A stretch of 64,000 nucleotides of DNA from assembly GCA_937930635.1 (NCBI GenBank), contig CALHCF010000009.1, forward strand, positions 68,702 to 132,701, in the 5' to 3' direction. The position numbers and the translations under genes are program-made. The notes under the pieces are model-generated. The model did not search any database. It was not told the DNA's origin and worked only from the letters and a program-made list of their open reading frames with translations. This document shows, piece by piece, positions 29,114-39,987 of the stretch (within the stretch, counting starts at the first letter, position 1; every line of letters starts with the position of its first letter). The stretch comes from an uncultured Rhizobiaceae group bacterium (GTDB lineage Bacteria > Pseudomonadota > Alphaproteobacteria > Rhizobiales > Rhizobiaceae).

Positions 29114-30295
29114 TCAAACGTCCTCGCGTGTAAGGTCGTGACCAAATACCCAATCGTTGCGTCTTTGAATCAATTCAGGCGCAAGACGACCGGCAAGCCA
29201 GATTGGCGCATAGCCGAAAAGCTGCGATTGACGATGGAACAGTTTGGCATTGGAGATCGCGCTTTTGCGTACCCGGGATGTCCGCGCTATGCGGCTGGAA
29301 AAATATTTCTCACATCCACCTGCAACATCGCCATTTGCCGAAAGCTGCTGCATCAGCACCCAGGCATCCTCTATTGCCATGGCTGCACCTTGAGCCATGG
29401 TCGGCAGGACCGGATGGCTCGCGTCGCCCAACAGGACAACCCGACCGTCTGACCATCTTTTTAGTGGAATTCGATCATACAAGGCCCAGCGATAATGGGT
29501 CGATGCCTTCTCGATGAGATTAACAACGATGGGATGCCATCCGTCAAAATCCGCCAACACTTCTTTTTGACTTCCCCTGGCGCTCCATGTTTCTGCCGGT
29601 GGCAGGTTTCGTTCAACCACACCAACAAAATTGCAGAGACTGCCACCTCTCAGCCTGTAGGTGACAACATGCCGGCCCGGACCAACCCAGATACAGGCGG
29701 TTGGCGGTGGCGCAAGATCACCCAGTTCATCTGTGGGAACCACCAGACGCCAGGCGATGTTGCCCGTGAAGTTTGGCGCTTCATTCCCAAACATCTGGCG
29801 ACGAATGGTGGAATGAAGCCCATCGGCGCCAACAACAACGTCTCCTTCGATAGACGCCCCCGCCTCCGTCAGTGCCCATGCGCCGCCATGGTCCTGATCA
29901 TAGCCAACAATTGCACAATCGGTCCGGACACTGCCGGGCAAACGTTGTTCCAGCGCGTCGGCCAGAATGCGCAACAAGTCCGCTCTGTGAAGATGAAGAT
30001 AGGAAGCACCCCAGCGCTCCTGCGCAATATCCCGCAAAGGAATTTCGAACAGCTGACGGCCACTATCGCCCAAACGCATCTCTGCGGCGAGAGGCCGGAA
30101 TGCCATGCCATCCAGTTCTTTTTCGAGACCGAGAGCCGACAAAAGCCGGTGAGCATTGGGGCTGATCTGAATACCCGCGCCCATCTCTCCCAGCCGGGGA
30201 GCACGTTCCAGAACCTGCACTTCCCACCCCAGACGATGAAAGCACAATGCGGCTGTCAAACCGCCAATTCCTGCTCCTACAATGACAGCTTTCAT
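29114..30295 (-). CDS. Group A FAD-dependent monooxygenase (salicylate hydroxylase / 3-hydroxybenzoate 6-hydroxylase-like)
   Basis: GAGIGG, GAGIQISPNA, GADGLHS, LLGDASHP..QGAAMAIED. Confidence 0.88.
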   Translation of the reverse strand: MKAVIVGAGIGGLTAALCFHRLGWEVQVLERAPRLGEMGAGIQISPNAHRLLSALGLEKELDGMAFRPLAAEMRLGDSGRQLFEIPLRDIAQERWGASYLHLHRADLLRILADALEQRLPGSVRTDCAIVGYDQDHGGAWALTEAGASIEGDVVVGADGLHSTIRRQMFGNEAPNFTGNIAWRLVVPTDELGDLAPPPTACIWVGPGRHVVTYRLRGGSLCNFVGVVERNLPPAETWSARGSQKEVLADFDGWHPIVVNLIEKASTHYRWALYDRIPLKRWSDGRVVLLGDASHPVLPTMAQGAAMAIEDAWVLMQQLSANGDVAGGCEKYFSSRIARTSRVRKSAISNAKLFHRQSQLFGYAPIWLAGRLAPELIQRRNDWVFGHDLTREDV

Positions 30296-30323
30296 CAGAC
30301 CACCGGCCCCAGGTCAAAAATAC

Positions 30324-31097
30324 TCAGCGGCCCACAAATGCAGGTTTTTCTTTACTAAAGAAAGCCTGAACCCCGGTCTTGCAGTCTTCGCTTGCAACCA
30401 GTGGATTCTGTTCCAGGCCTTCATGTGAAATTGCATCGGCGTAGGTCACGTGCCCAACCTTGCGCAAAAGGCGTTTGGCAGCCTGCATGGCGAGCGGAGC
30501 GCCGGTGGCCAATTGCTGCGCCCACTCGCGCGTCACCCGGTCGAGATCATCGCGTGAAGCCAGCCTGTTGGCGATTCCGTATTGCAGACATTCCTTAGCT
30601 GGTATCTTGCGCCCCTCGATAATCGCCTCCAACGCGCGATGATATCCCATCTGATTGAGAAGCAGATGGGTATTACCACCGTCGGGGATTAAAGCGATTG
30701 CCGCAAAGGCCATGTAGATCGTCGCATCATCAGCCATGGTCACAAGATCGCAGTTCATCGCAAATGCCGCACCGATGCCCGCTGCCGTGCCATGAACCTG
30801 CGCGATATAAATTTTGTTGCCGTCGGCGATACCGGTCAAGAACGGTTTGTACTCCCGGTCGATATGTTCATTGACCGGTTGTTCGGTCCCGCCCGTCAAA
30901 TCGGCACCGGCACAAAAGCCTCGGCCCTCTCCCTTTATGATCACAACGCGAATTGTGTTGTCGGCTTCAACCTGTGCCACGGTTTCGCGCATCCGCGACC
31001 GCAATTGCGCGTTAAAGGCGTTAAACTGCTTGGGACGGTTGAGCACAATGGTCGCAATCGCACCATCGGTCTCATAGCGAAGAACATCATCGGCCAT
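30324..31097 (-). CDS. Enoyl-CoA hydratase/isomerase (crotonase; PaaG-like)
   Basis: LNRP..NAFN, FCAGADL, AAGIG, LIPDGG. Confidence 0.88.
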   Translation of the reverse strand: MADDVLRYETDGAIATIVLNRPKQFNAFNAQLRSRMRETVAQVEADNTIRVVIIKGEGRGFCAGADLTGGTEQPVNEHIDREYKPFLTGIADGNKIYIAQVHGTAAGIGAAFAMNCDLVTMADDATIYMAFAAIALIPDGGNTHLLLNQMGYHRALEAIIEGRKIPAKECLQYGIANRLASRDDLDRVTREWAQQLATGAPLAMQAAKRLLRKVGHVTYADAISHEGLEQNPLVASEDCKTGVQAFFSKEKPAFVGR

Positions 31098-31134
31098 GGT
31101 CTGTTTCCTGTTTGAAATCGGTTGGCATGAAAGA

Positions 31135-31932
31135 TCAGCGCCGGGCTGTTACCCGTGTTCCGGGCTTTGGCGGGGTTTCCGGCGCGCCGGCAAAACACTG
31201 CGCCATCTCCATCCAACGGTGCGCATTGTCGCCAACAACCTTCAACCCGGTATCGGCAATATTGCGGGTCTGGGTAACGACCTGGCAAAACTCTTCGGCA
31301 AGACCACTTATTTTCTCAAGATCATTGATCTCGCCATAGGTCCAGTTCTCCCCGGATGGTCCTTCAAGTTCCAGCATGGGCACAGGTTCCGGCGCATCCA
31401 AACCGTTGACTTTGAACGTCCAGCCGTAAGTATTCAGCCCCAGGACGACAATGTTTCGAATACGGTCTTCGTTTTTGCGTAAAACGCCCAGGAGATCATA
31501 AATTTCCTGACCATGAGCCCAGGTCTCCATAAGCCGTGCCGTGATCGACGATCGTACGCTCATGCTTGGTCCGGCCCATTCGACGCGCTTTGACGGGTCG
31601 GCCTTCTGGAAGCGAGCGGCCATCTTGCGGGCGAAGGCAATCCAATCATCAACCAGCTTTTGCCCCTCAAGACCGTCCCGCCACTGAGCCTCAAATTCAC
31701 TCATGGTTCCTGCACGGGTGAAATTTGAAAAGCCCCTAAAAAACGACTGGAACCCCTGCGGGTCGTTCAGAGACAGGTCCGCGGCATGGTTCCACATGTG
31801 AAGGTGGCCAATTATCGTGTTGATCGTCCAGCTCTTGAACGCAGTTGGCTGACCCAGATCATCATCGGACAGGCCAGCAATCAGGTTATGGAGCGCCTCG
31901 CTTTCATCGAGAAAATCGCGCGCTTGCTGCAA
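31135..31932 (-). CDS. TIGR03084-like metal-binding protein (DinB / MDMPI N-terminal fold)
   Basis: PT..WTI..IGHL, W.GPSMS..ARLMETWAHGQ, FCQVVTQTR, AQCFAG; TTG start inferred at LQQARDF. Confidence 0.8.
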   Translation of the reverse strand: MQQARDFLDESEALHNLIAGLSDDDLGQPTAFKSWTINTIIGHLHMWNHAADLSLNDPQGFQSFFRGFSNFTRAGTMSEFEAQWRDGLEGQKLVDDWIAFARKMAARFQKADPSKRVEWAGPSMSVRSSITARLMETWAHGQEIYDLLGVLRKNEDRIRNIVVLGLNTYGWTFKVNGLDAPEPVPMLELEGPSGENWTYGEINDLEKISGLAEEFCQVVTQTRNIADTGLKVVGDNAHRWMEMAQCFAGAPETPPKPGTRVTARR

Positions 31933-31937
31933 GCCGC

Positions 31938-33842
31938 TCACTGCTCGGCTGCCCACCGCCATGGCCGGATGAAATCGCCCAGCACGTCGGTAACGGCGTC
32001 TTCCGTTATAGTGGGATCGCTGCGGGTTACTTCTGCCACAAGGCCAAGCTTCTTGTCTTCGGTCACGGCGGTTACCTGGGCCTTCACCCCGGCAGCATCC
32101 AGCGCCTGATTAAAGATGCGCGTGATCGCCATGCGCCGCAGGTCAGGCTTGAAAACCTTGCCCACCGCAGTCTTTGGCAGTTCATCGACAATCTCGAGAT
32201 ATTTCGGCTGGGCAGCGCGTTCATGCACATGTTCTTTGGCATAAGTCATCAACGCATCAACGGTTACAGTCGCACCGTCGATCAATTCGACATAGGCGCA
32301 GGGCATCTCGCCGGTTTTGGCGTCGGGCTGTCCGATTGCACCAACAAAACATACTTCCGGATGGCCCGCGAGCGCCTCCTCAATGACCGCAGGGTCAATG
32401 TTGTGTCCGCCGCGGATTATCAGATCCTTGGCACGGCCGGTGATCCAGATATAGCCGTCGGAATCAATACGACCCAGGTCGCCGGACCGCAGATATTTAC
32501 CGTCGGCATACAATCCGATGTTCTTGCTGTCGTCAGTATAGGTTTCGCCCACCATCACGCCGGGGCTGGAAATGCATATTTCGCCGACTTCATCGACACC
32601 GCATTCATGGGTGACATTTCCCTGCGCATCACAATGAAGAATGCGTACATCGGTATAGGGCAAGGCCACACCGACAGAACCAATCTTCTTTTCTGCGTCG
32701 GGTGGGTTGCAGGAAACGACACATGTCGCCTCGGTCATTCCATACCCTTCCAGAATGTTGACCTTGGTGGTTGCCTGAAACTGTTTGAACAGTTCAACCG
32801 GCAGCGCCGCCGACCCACAAAAAGCAGATTTCAAAGTGGAAATATCAGCATCAACGGGGCGCTGCATAAGCGCCGCAGCGGCAGTGGGAACAGTGACGAG
32901 AAAACTCGCCTTCCAGCGTTCAACCAGCTTCCAGAAATTATCGAACACACCATCACCGCGATAGCCTGCCGGTGTGGGCAAAACCATCTGCGCACCGGAA
33001 TAAAGGCAGCCGAGCCAGATCGGATAAGCGGCAAAGACATGAAACAACGGCAGCGGGCAAAGAACAATATCTTCGGGCTGATAGAGCATATGGTCGCCAC
33101 ACCACCCGTTGTAAATGATGCCGGAATGACGGTGTTGTGCAATTTTCGGCATGCCGGTTGTGCCGCCAGTATGAAAATATGCGCAAAAACGGTCGTCTTC
33201 GCTTTCGGCAAAGTTCAGTTTATCGCCGTTTTGTGCCGCCAGCGCAGTTTCAAAATCCACCATGCGCGCGGAGTGCGTGGACGGGACCTTGGGGCGAATA
33301 AAGGGCACGATCCAACTAAGCGGTGGGTTTAAATGGCGAAGCAGATCGATTTCGACAATTGTCTCGACATTGGGTGCCATCGCGGCAGCCGCGGCGGCTT
33401 TTTGTGCCAGATCGGTTTTGGGAAACGGCTTTAGCGTGACCAGCACTTTGGCCTTGGTTTGCCGCAACAGTGCGGCAATATGATCATCTTCGAGCAACGG
33501 GTTGATGGGACTGACAATACCAGCCGTCATCCCCGCCATAATGGTGATAACGGTCTCGTTCATGCTTGGCAGCAGAAAGGCCACCACATCATTCTCACCA
33601 ATACCAAGCGAATGGAACAGGTTAGCGGCCTGTGTGGTGCGGCGTTTCAGATCATTCCATGAATGGGTCTCAGCCTTGTCCTTTGGTCCGGATTTCAACT
33701 GGAAGCTGAGAGCGGGAGTTGCGCCATGGTTTGCCGCAGTCTGGGACAGCAACTGAAAAACCGTGTTTGCTGTCCAGCGGTCTTTGACCGGCATCTCTTT
33801 TTCAACGGCAGCCTTCTCAGCCAATACCTGCGAAAGAACCAT
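31938..33842 (-). CDS. Acyl-CoA synthetase (AMP-forming)
   Basis: FHTGGTTGMPK, EGYGMTE, SGDLG, GRAKDLIIRGGHNIDP, PKTAVGK; RBS GAGAGG before MVLSQ. Confidence 0.92.
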   Translation of the reverse strand: MVLSQVLAEKAAVEKEMPVKDRWTANTVFQLLSQTAANHGATPALSFQLKSGPKDKAETHSWNDLKRRTTQAANLFHSLGIGENDVVAFLLPSMNETVITIMAGMTAGIVSPINPLLEDDHIAALLRQTKAKVLVTLKPFPKTDLAQKAAAAAAMAPNVETIVEIDLLRHLNPPLSWIVPFIRPKVPSTHSARMVDFETALAAQNGDKLNFAESEDDRFCAYFHTGGTTGMPKIAQHRHSGIIYNGWCGDHMLYQPEDIVLCPLPLFHVFAAYPIWLGCLYSGAQMVLPTPAGYRGDGVFDNFWKLVERWKASFLVTVPTAAAALMQRPVDADISTLKSAFCGSAALPVELFKQFQATTKVNILEGYGMTEATCVVSCNPPDAEKKIGSVGVALPYTDVRILHCDAQGNVTHECGVDEVGEICISSPGVMVGETYTDDSKNIGLYADGKYLRSGDLGRIDSDGYIWITGRAKDLIIRGGHNIDPAVIEEALAGHPEVCFVGAIGQPDAKTGEMPCAYVELIDGATVTVDALMTYAKEHVHERAAQPKYLEIVDELPKTAVGKVFKPDLRRMAITRIFNQALDAAGVKAQVTAVTEDKKLGLVAEVTRSDPTITEDAVTDVLGDFIRPWRWAAEQ

Positions 33843-34100
33843 GACAACCTCTCGTTCTTTGTTCCAGAAGCGGTCTGCTGGGTGCAAACCGTTTATTGTT
33901 CAAGTTGTAAGGACTAACTGGTCGAAACCACAAGACCTGACATTTTTTGGCGAAGGCCCCTCACAACCATGGGCCTGTCGACCAAGATAGTATTTTGATC
34001 ACTTTCGCAAAACCACGCCGCCGCGTATTTTGCAATGATATTGTGCCCACACTGATACCGGCCAGTTCAACCAGGCGGAGACGAAAGTTCCCTTTCCCCG

Positions 34101-35288
<1,188 letters not shown>

Positions 35289-38200
35289 CTAAAGATCAAT
35301 CTCAATGACGCCACCGGGCTTTGCGGCTCGGGACTGGCAAAGAATAACGGCCTCCTTGCGTTGTGCCGTCGACAAAACAAAATCGCGGTGTTCCACATCC
35401 CCTGAGATGAGACCACATTTGCACACGCCACAAAGACCGTCAGAACATTTAACGTCAACCTTGATGCCGTTTTCAAGGAGCACATCGGTTGCAATGCGAT
35501 CCGCCGGCACATCAATTTCCTGGCCCGAACGAGCCAGTCTGATGGTGAAATCATGGTCTACATAGTCAGGCACTTCTGGCAGCGAGAAATACTCCAGGTG
35601 GCGTGCCTCTTCAGGGAACCCTGACTGCTGCGCTGCCTCGACAACGCTGCTCATATACCGATCAGGGCCGCAGGTATAAACATGGTCGCCATCGCGGTAA
35701 TCGCCAAGGATTGCCGACAAATCAGCACGGCTTCCATCATCGGAAAAATGCAGGTGCACGTTGTCCTTCCATTCGAAAGTGTCCAGATCTTCAAGATATC
35801 CAGCCTCATCGCGCGACTTCGCTGAATAATGTAGTTCAAAATTAATACCGGCCCTGTGAGCCTCATGGGCCATCGCAATCATGGGCGTGATACCTATCCC
35901 TCCCCCCATCAGGAAGGTTCGCCTGGCATCCTTTTCTAAAGGGAAATGATTGATCGGCTTTGAGACGAATATCTTTCGCCCCTTTGAGAAGATGCGGTGC
36001 ATCAGTTGCGACCCGCCGCGCCCGGCATCCTCCCGCAACACGCCAATCTGATATTTTGTCCGGTCAGACGGATCGCCAGACATGGAATATTGCCGCAAAA
36101 ACTCTGGCGCGACCACGATGTCGAGATGGGCTCCGGCCTGCCACTCCGGCAGCGGTGCGCCATCAAGCGACGAGAACTCATATTTGGTGACATCATCGGT
36201 CATTTTCTCAACCCTGGTCACCTCAACCCGAACCACGGGCGCGTCTCCTTCGGCAAGGAAACGGTGGATCATGTCTTCTTCGCCACGGGCGAGCTTGATC
36301 TTGTATTCCTGCGCGGTGATCAACGCCTGATAGGCTTCGATACCCTTCTCGCGCTCCATGGGGAACGGGAAAGGCCATGGATGGGGAGCGAGCGGCGCGG
36401 GATAGACCGCAAGGGTCTGATCTTCATATTTGAGATCAAGATCCTTTTGCAGATCGCGCTCGTTTACCGGTTTGTCGGTTGGCGCATACCGGCCATCATC
36501 CTGCAATTCGAGATCCCACCACCATTTCTTGATTGGGTTCAATGCGCCGTTGTCGACCACATCATCAAGCTTCGCCAGCAACGGAGCGGTCGAAGGCATG
36601 TTCATCGCCGCCCAGCGAAACGGTTTTTCAGCAAACAGACCCTCAAGATTCCACGGGCAGGTTTTCATGCAACGCCCACACATCGCGCCGCCGGGTGTTG
36701 TGATCCGGTAAGTCGCGCATTTCTGGCTGTCGGATTTCCAGATTTCATACCCGTTAAACATCAGCTTTGGACCAGCGGTTATCGCACCTGACGGGCACTC
36801 ACGGGCGCATTTATTGCAGCTCTCACAAAATTTTTGCAGGCCAAAATCGATAGGTTTGTCATGGGCAAGCGGCAGGTTGGTTGTGACAACACCGGATTTC
36901 AGCCGCGGGCCAAGATACGGATTCAGGATAACCTCGCCTATGCGACTTACCTCGCCCAGACCCGATAACAGCAGCAACGGGGGTTGCAGCACCGTTCCGT
37001 CCAGAACCGTATGCGCCTTTGCCAAATAGCCAAGATTGCGGATTTGTTTTGCGATCACTCCACCCAGGACCGAAAACCGCAAATAGGCCCGCATGGACTG
37101 GGCAACGGAAATCCAGTCATCGCCGGAGGCCCCTTCCATGGTCTCATGGCCCTGGTCGACAATCATGGAGATTGCCTGATCATGCGGCGGGTCTATCTCT
37201 TCTCCAAGAGCATCGTGGGAATACCATGTCCAGTCCGGGCAGCGCGAAATGCCCACGGCATCGATGCCCAGAAAATACGATGTTGCTTTGATCAGGTCCG
37301 CATGACGTTGCGGTTCGCTTGGAACCTTTTTTGTGTCCGGCTCCCCATCCTGAAGAAGAACAAGAGCGCCCAACGCCCTGCGCTGCCCCATGGATGGCGC
37401 AGCCTTTCGAGCATAAAGCCCGTTGGTGGCCGCCTCCTGATTCTTCTTGCCCATGTCACCGAACTGGGCGCGCGCAAACATATCGGCTCTTTTGGGGACT
37501 CTGGCGACGTTTGGTTCATCGATGAATGTGGTCGGTTGATCAACCCGCTTCAGCTTCTCAAAGGGATGCTCACCGTCAACATAGCGGCGGTTTGCAAATG
37601 CCTCCCGGTTGAAGGCATTTTTGGCAAAGCCTACTCCCAGCTTCCAAGCCACACCATGTGTCTTCAGTCTTGGTTGTTCATCCAGCGGCACCAGTGGTTT
37701 GTCTGCCGCAATGGCATAGTTGGTGGTAACTGCAGCAACGCCAAACCGGGAACCAACATAAGGATTGACCAAAAGACCATCTTCAACGGTTGCCAAACCG
37801 GCAGCAACCGAAAGCCGGTTCAGGTCAACATCAGAGGTGGCGCCCGTATGAGCACGGGAATCGTAACCAAGCAGGCGCAGATAGTTGGCAATCACGACCG
37901 CCGTTTCTGCAGAGCGCAGGCAGGCCCGGGCGTTCTGCGCATCTTCTATCCATTCAGCCCCTTGTTCATCAGGTTCCGGATCGCGGGGATATTCGTATAA
38001 GAAGACAATCGCATGGGTATGGCCGGTGATGGAACTGGGCGGCGCATCCATGGACTCCTTGAGATCCGCCATGATCATATCAATACCAGCAGCAAGGGTG
38101 GTCGTCTGGCGTGTTCGCAAAGCCTCGGCGAGTTCATCAATTTCGGGGTTGCGCAGGGCTGAATCCAACAGCATAGCATCCTGAATTTCGCAGGTTGCCA

Positions 38201-38501
38201 CCATGGATGCATCGCAGAAATAGCCAAACCCTTTGAGATGATTGGCTCTTTTCAGCAAATCATCCGGCGTATCTGACCGCACTGTAGCAACCAATCCATC
38301 GCGGATAGCATCCAGCATCGCCTGATATTCAGCCATCGCGTTGACAATGTTGTGCGGCGCATCAGGCCGGCTGAAGGAAACAGCCTGCATGGGGGGCACA
38401 GTCTCTAAAGATGGCGCAATTTCCGTTCGTGCCAGACGTTCCAGCGGATAAGGTCCCAGATGAACCGGTCTGTTCTTGTCTGAAAAAAAGCGGGTAGACA
38501 T
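35289..38501 (-). CDS. rdhA: Self-sufficient catabolic reductive dehalogenase (cobalamin/2x[4Fe-4S] RdhA fused to an FMN/NAD(P)H/[2Fe-2S] reductase), BhbA-like
   Basis: GLGEVSRIG..NPYLGPRLK, FCESCNKCARECP, CATYR..CGRCMKTCP, then RQYSM, GGIGITP, YTCGP, CSDGLCGVC..LCQS; 1070 aa, no Tat signal. Confidence 0.9.
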   Translation of the reverse strand: MSTRFFSDKNRPVHLGPYPLERLARTEIAPSLETVPPMQAVSFSRPDAPHNIVNAMAEYQAMLDAIRDGLVATVRSDTPDDLLKRANHLKGFGYFCDASMVATCEIQDAMLLDSALRNPEIDELAEALRTRQTTTLAAGIDMIMADLKESMDAPPSSITGHTHAIVFLYEYPRDPEPDEQGAEWIEDAQNARACLRSAETAVVIANYLRLLGYDSRAHTGATSDVDLNRLSVAAGLATVEDGLLVNPYVGSRFGVAAVTTNYAIAADKPLVPLDEQPRLKTHGVAWKLGVGFAKNAFNREAFANRRYVDGEHPFEKLKRVDQPTTFIDEPNVARVPKRADMFARAQFGDMGKKNQEAATNGLYARKAAPSMGQRRALGALVLLQDGEPDTKKVPSEPQRHADLIKATSYFLGIDAVGISRCPDWTWYSHDALGEEIDPPHDQAISMIVDQGHETMEGASGDDWISVAQSMRAYLRFSVLGGVIAKQIRNLGYLAKAHTVLDGTVLQPPLLLLSGLGEVSRIGEVILNPYLGPRLKSGVVTTNLPLAHDKPIDFGLQKFCESCNKCARECPSGAITAGPKLMFNGYEIWKSDSQKCATYRITTPGGAMCGRCMKTCPWNLEGLFAEKPFRWAAMNMPSTAPLLAKLDDVVDNGALNPIKKWWWDLELQDDGRYAPTDKPVNERDLQKDLDLKYEDQTLAVYPAPLAPHPWPFPFPMEREKGIEAYQALITAQEYKIKLARGEEDMIHRFLAEGDAPVVRVEVTRVEKMTDDVTKYEFSSLDGAPLPEWQAGAHLDIVVAPEFLRQYSMSGDPSDRTKYQIGVLREDAGRGGSQLMHRIFSKGRKIFVSKPINHFPLEKDARRTFLMGGGIGITPMIAMAHEAHRAGINFELHYSAKSRDEAGYLEDLDTFEWKDNVHLHFSDDGSRADLSAILGDYRDGDHVYTCGPDRYMSSVVEAAQQSGFPEEARHLEYFSLPEVPDYVDHDFTIRLARSGQEIDVPADRIATDVLLENGIKVDVKCSDGLCGVCKCGLISGDVEHRDFVLSTAQRKEAVILCQSRAAKPGGVIEIDL

Positions 38502-38515
38502 GCTGCAATCAGCCC

Positions 38516-39985
38516 TCAGGTTCCACAGAATGTCGCCTGAACGACCTGCTCGGGCTGCGGAGGGTCAGCATAGACTGTATTTTCGGGCTGATCTTCATAG
38601 GGGCGTGCGAGAACGTCCAGCAGATTTGAAAGTGGCTCGAAATCGTTCTTCAATCCGGCAGCAATAACCTCTTCAATACGATGATTGCGGGGAATGAAGG
38701 CTGGATTTGCCTGCCGCATGATTTCCTTGCTGTCCTTTAAAGCACCGCCTTCTGCCTTCAACCGGCTTTGCCATTTATTCAGCCAGTCATCGAGTTCAGT
38801 TGAAGTCTTCAAATGGTTTTGCACGTCTTGCCTGTTTTCATCATAGTGAAAGAGCGCGCGAAAGGTGTTGGTGAAATCGGCAGATTGCTGCGCCATGATG
38901 GCCAACAGGTCCTGAGCAAGTTCAGGATCGCCGTCGCGAATTTCTCGCAACCCCAATTTTGCATTCAAGCCAGCCTGAAAGGCCTGGTCATAACGGTCCG
39001 GGAAAGCATCAATTATCTTTTGTGCCTCAGCAACGGCCGCTTCGTTGTCATCGCTCAGCAGGGGCAGAAAAGTCTGCGCCAGTGAAACAAGGTTCCATTG
39101 TGCGATGCGGGGCTGGTTGCCATAAGCATAGCGTCCCTGCTCATCGATAGAGCTGAACACCCTGCCCGGTGAAAAATCATCCATGAAGGCACAGGGACCG
39201 TAATCAATGGTCTCACCGGAAATCGTCATGTTGTCGGTGTTCATAACGCCGTGGATAAAGCCGACATTCATCCAACGCGCGACCAGCTCTGCCTGTGCCT
39301 GTACAACATAGTCCAGCAGGGCCGCATACCGGTTTGGTGCCTCGCGCGCCTTAGGATAGAGCCGATCGATACAATAATCGGCCAGCGTCTTAAGCCCGTC
39401 TGTATCCTGTCTGATGGCGAAATACTGGAAAGTGCCTACGCGCACATGGCTTGTCGCAACACGCGTGAGAACCGCGCCTGGAAAAGCGGCTTCCCGGATA
39501 ACATTCTCACCTGTCGAAACAGCCGCCAAAGCGCGGGTCGTGGGAATTCCAAGCGCCGCCATGGCCTCACTAACAATATACTCACGCAACACCGGCCCCA
39601 GCCATGCGCGGCCATCGCCCATACGCGAGAACGGAGTTGGCCCGGAACCTTTGAGCTGGATATCGTGGCGCGTTCCGTCGCGGTCAATCACCTCTCCCAG
39701 CAACAATGCCCTTCCATCGCCCAGTTGTGGGGACCAATTGCCAAACTGCTGCCCTGCATAGGCCATGGCCAGAGGTTCGGAACCATCCGCCACATCGTTT
39801 CCTGCAAGCAGCGCAACTCCATCGGGCGAAGCCAGGTTTGCGGGATCGAGATTGAGATGGCGCGCCAGAGGTTCATTGAGCCGTATCAAATTGGCATCAG
39901 GCACAGGTTTTGGATCGAGACGGGCGTAAAACCGATCAGGCAGTCGGGCATAGCTGTTGTCAAAAGGTATGGCCAGCGCCATCAA
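38516..39985 (-). CDS. selO: Protein adenylyltransferase SelO/YdiU
   Basis: YAGQQFG..LGDGRA, QLKGSGPTPFSRMGDGRA, HGVMNTDN, IDYGP, PRNH, C-terminal TFCGT. Confidence 0.95.
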   Translation of the reverse strand: MMALAIPFDNSYARLPDRFYARLDPKPVPDANLIRLNEPLARHLNLDPANLASPDGVALLAGNDVADGSEPLAMAYAGQQFGNWSPQLGDGRALLLGEVIDRDGTRHDIQLKGSGPTPFSRMGDGRAWLGPVLREYIVSEAMAALGIPTTRALAAVSTGENVIREAAFPGAVLTRVATSHVRVGTFQYFAIRQDTDGLKTLADYCIDRLYPKAREAPNRYAALLDYVVQAQAELVARWMNVGFIHGVMNTDNMTISGETIDYGPCAFMDDFSPGRVFSSIDEQGRYAYGNQPRIAQWNLVSLAQTFLPLLSDDNEAAVAEAQKIIDAFPDRYDQAFQAGLNAKLGLREIRDGDPELAQDLLAIMAQQSADFTNTFRALFHYDENRQDVQNHLKTSTELDDWLNKWQSRLKAEGGALKDSKEIMRQANPAFIPRNHRIEEVIAAGLKNDFEPLSNLLDVLARPYEDQPENTVYADPPQPEQVVQATFCGT

Positions 39986-39987
39986 GC

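Noticed and set aside
31845-33332. 495-aa + strand ORF
   Set aside because: Antisense shadow of the acyl-CoA synthetase; no motifs
35997-38000. 264-aa and 338-aa + strand ORFs
   Set aside because: Antisense shadows of the dehalogenase
35289-38501. Epoxyqueuosine reductase QueG or respiratory RdhA
   Set aside because: Length, fused reductase and pobA linkage indicate a catabolic dehalogenase; no Tat signal or rdhB
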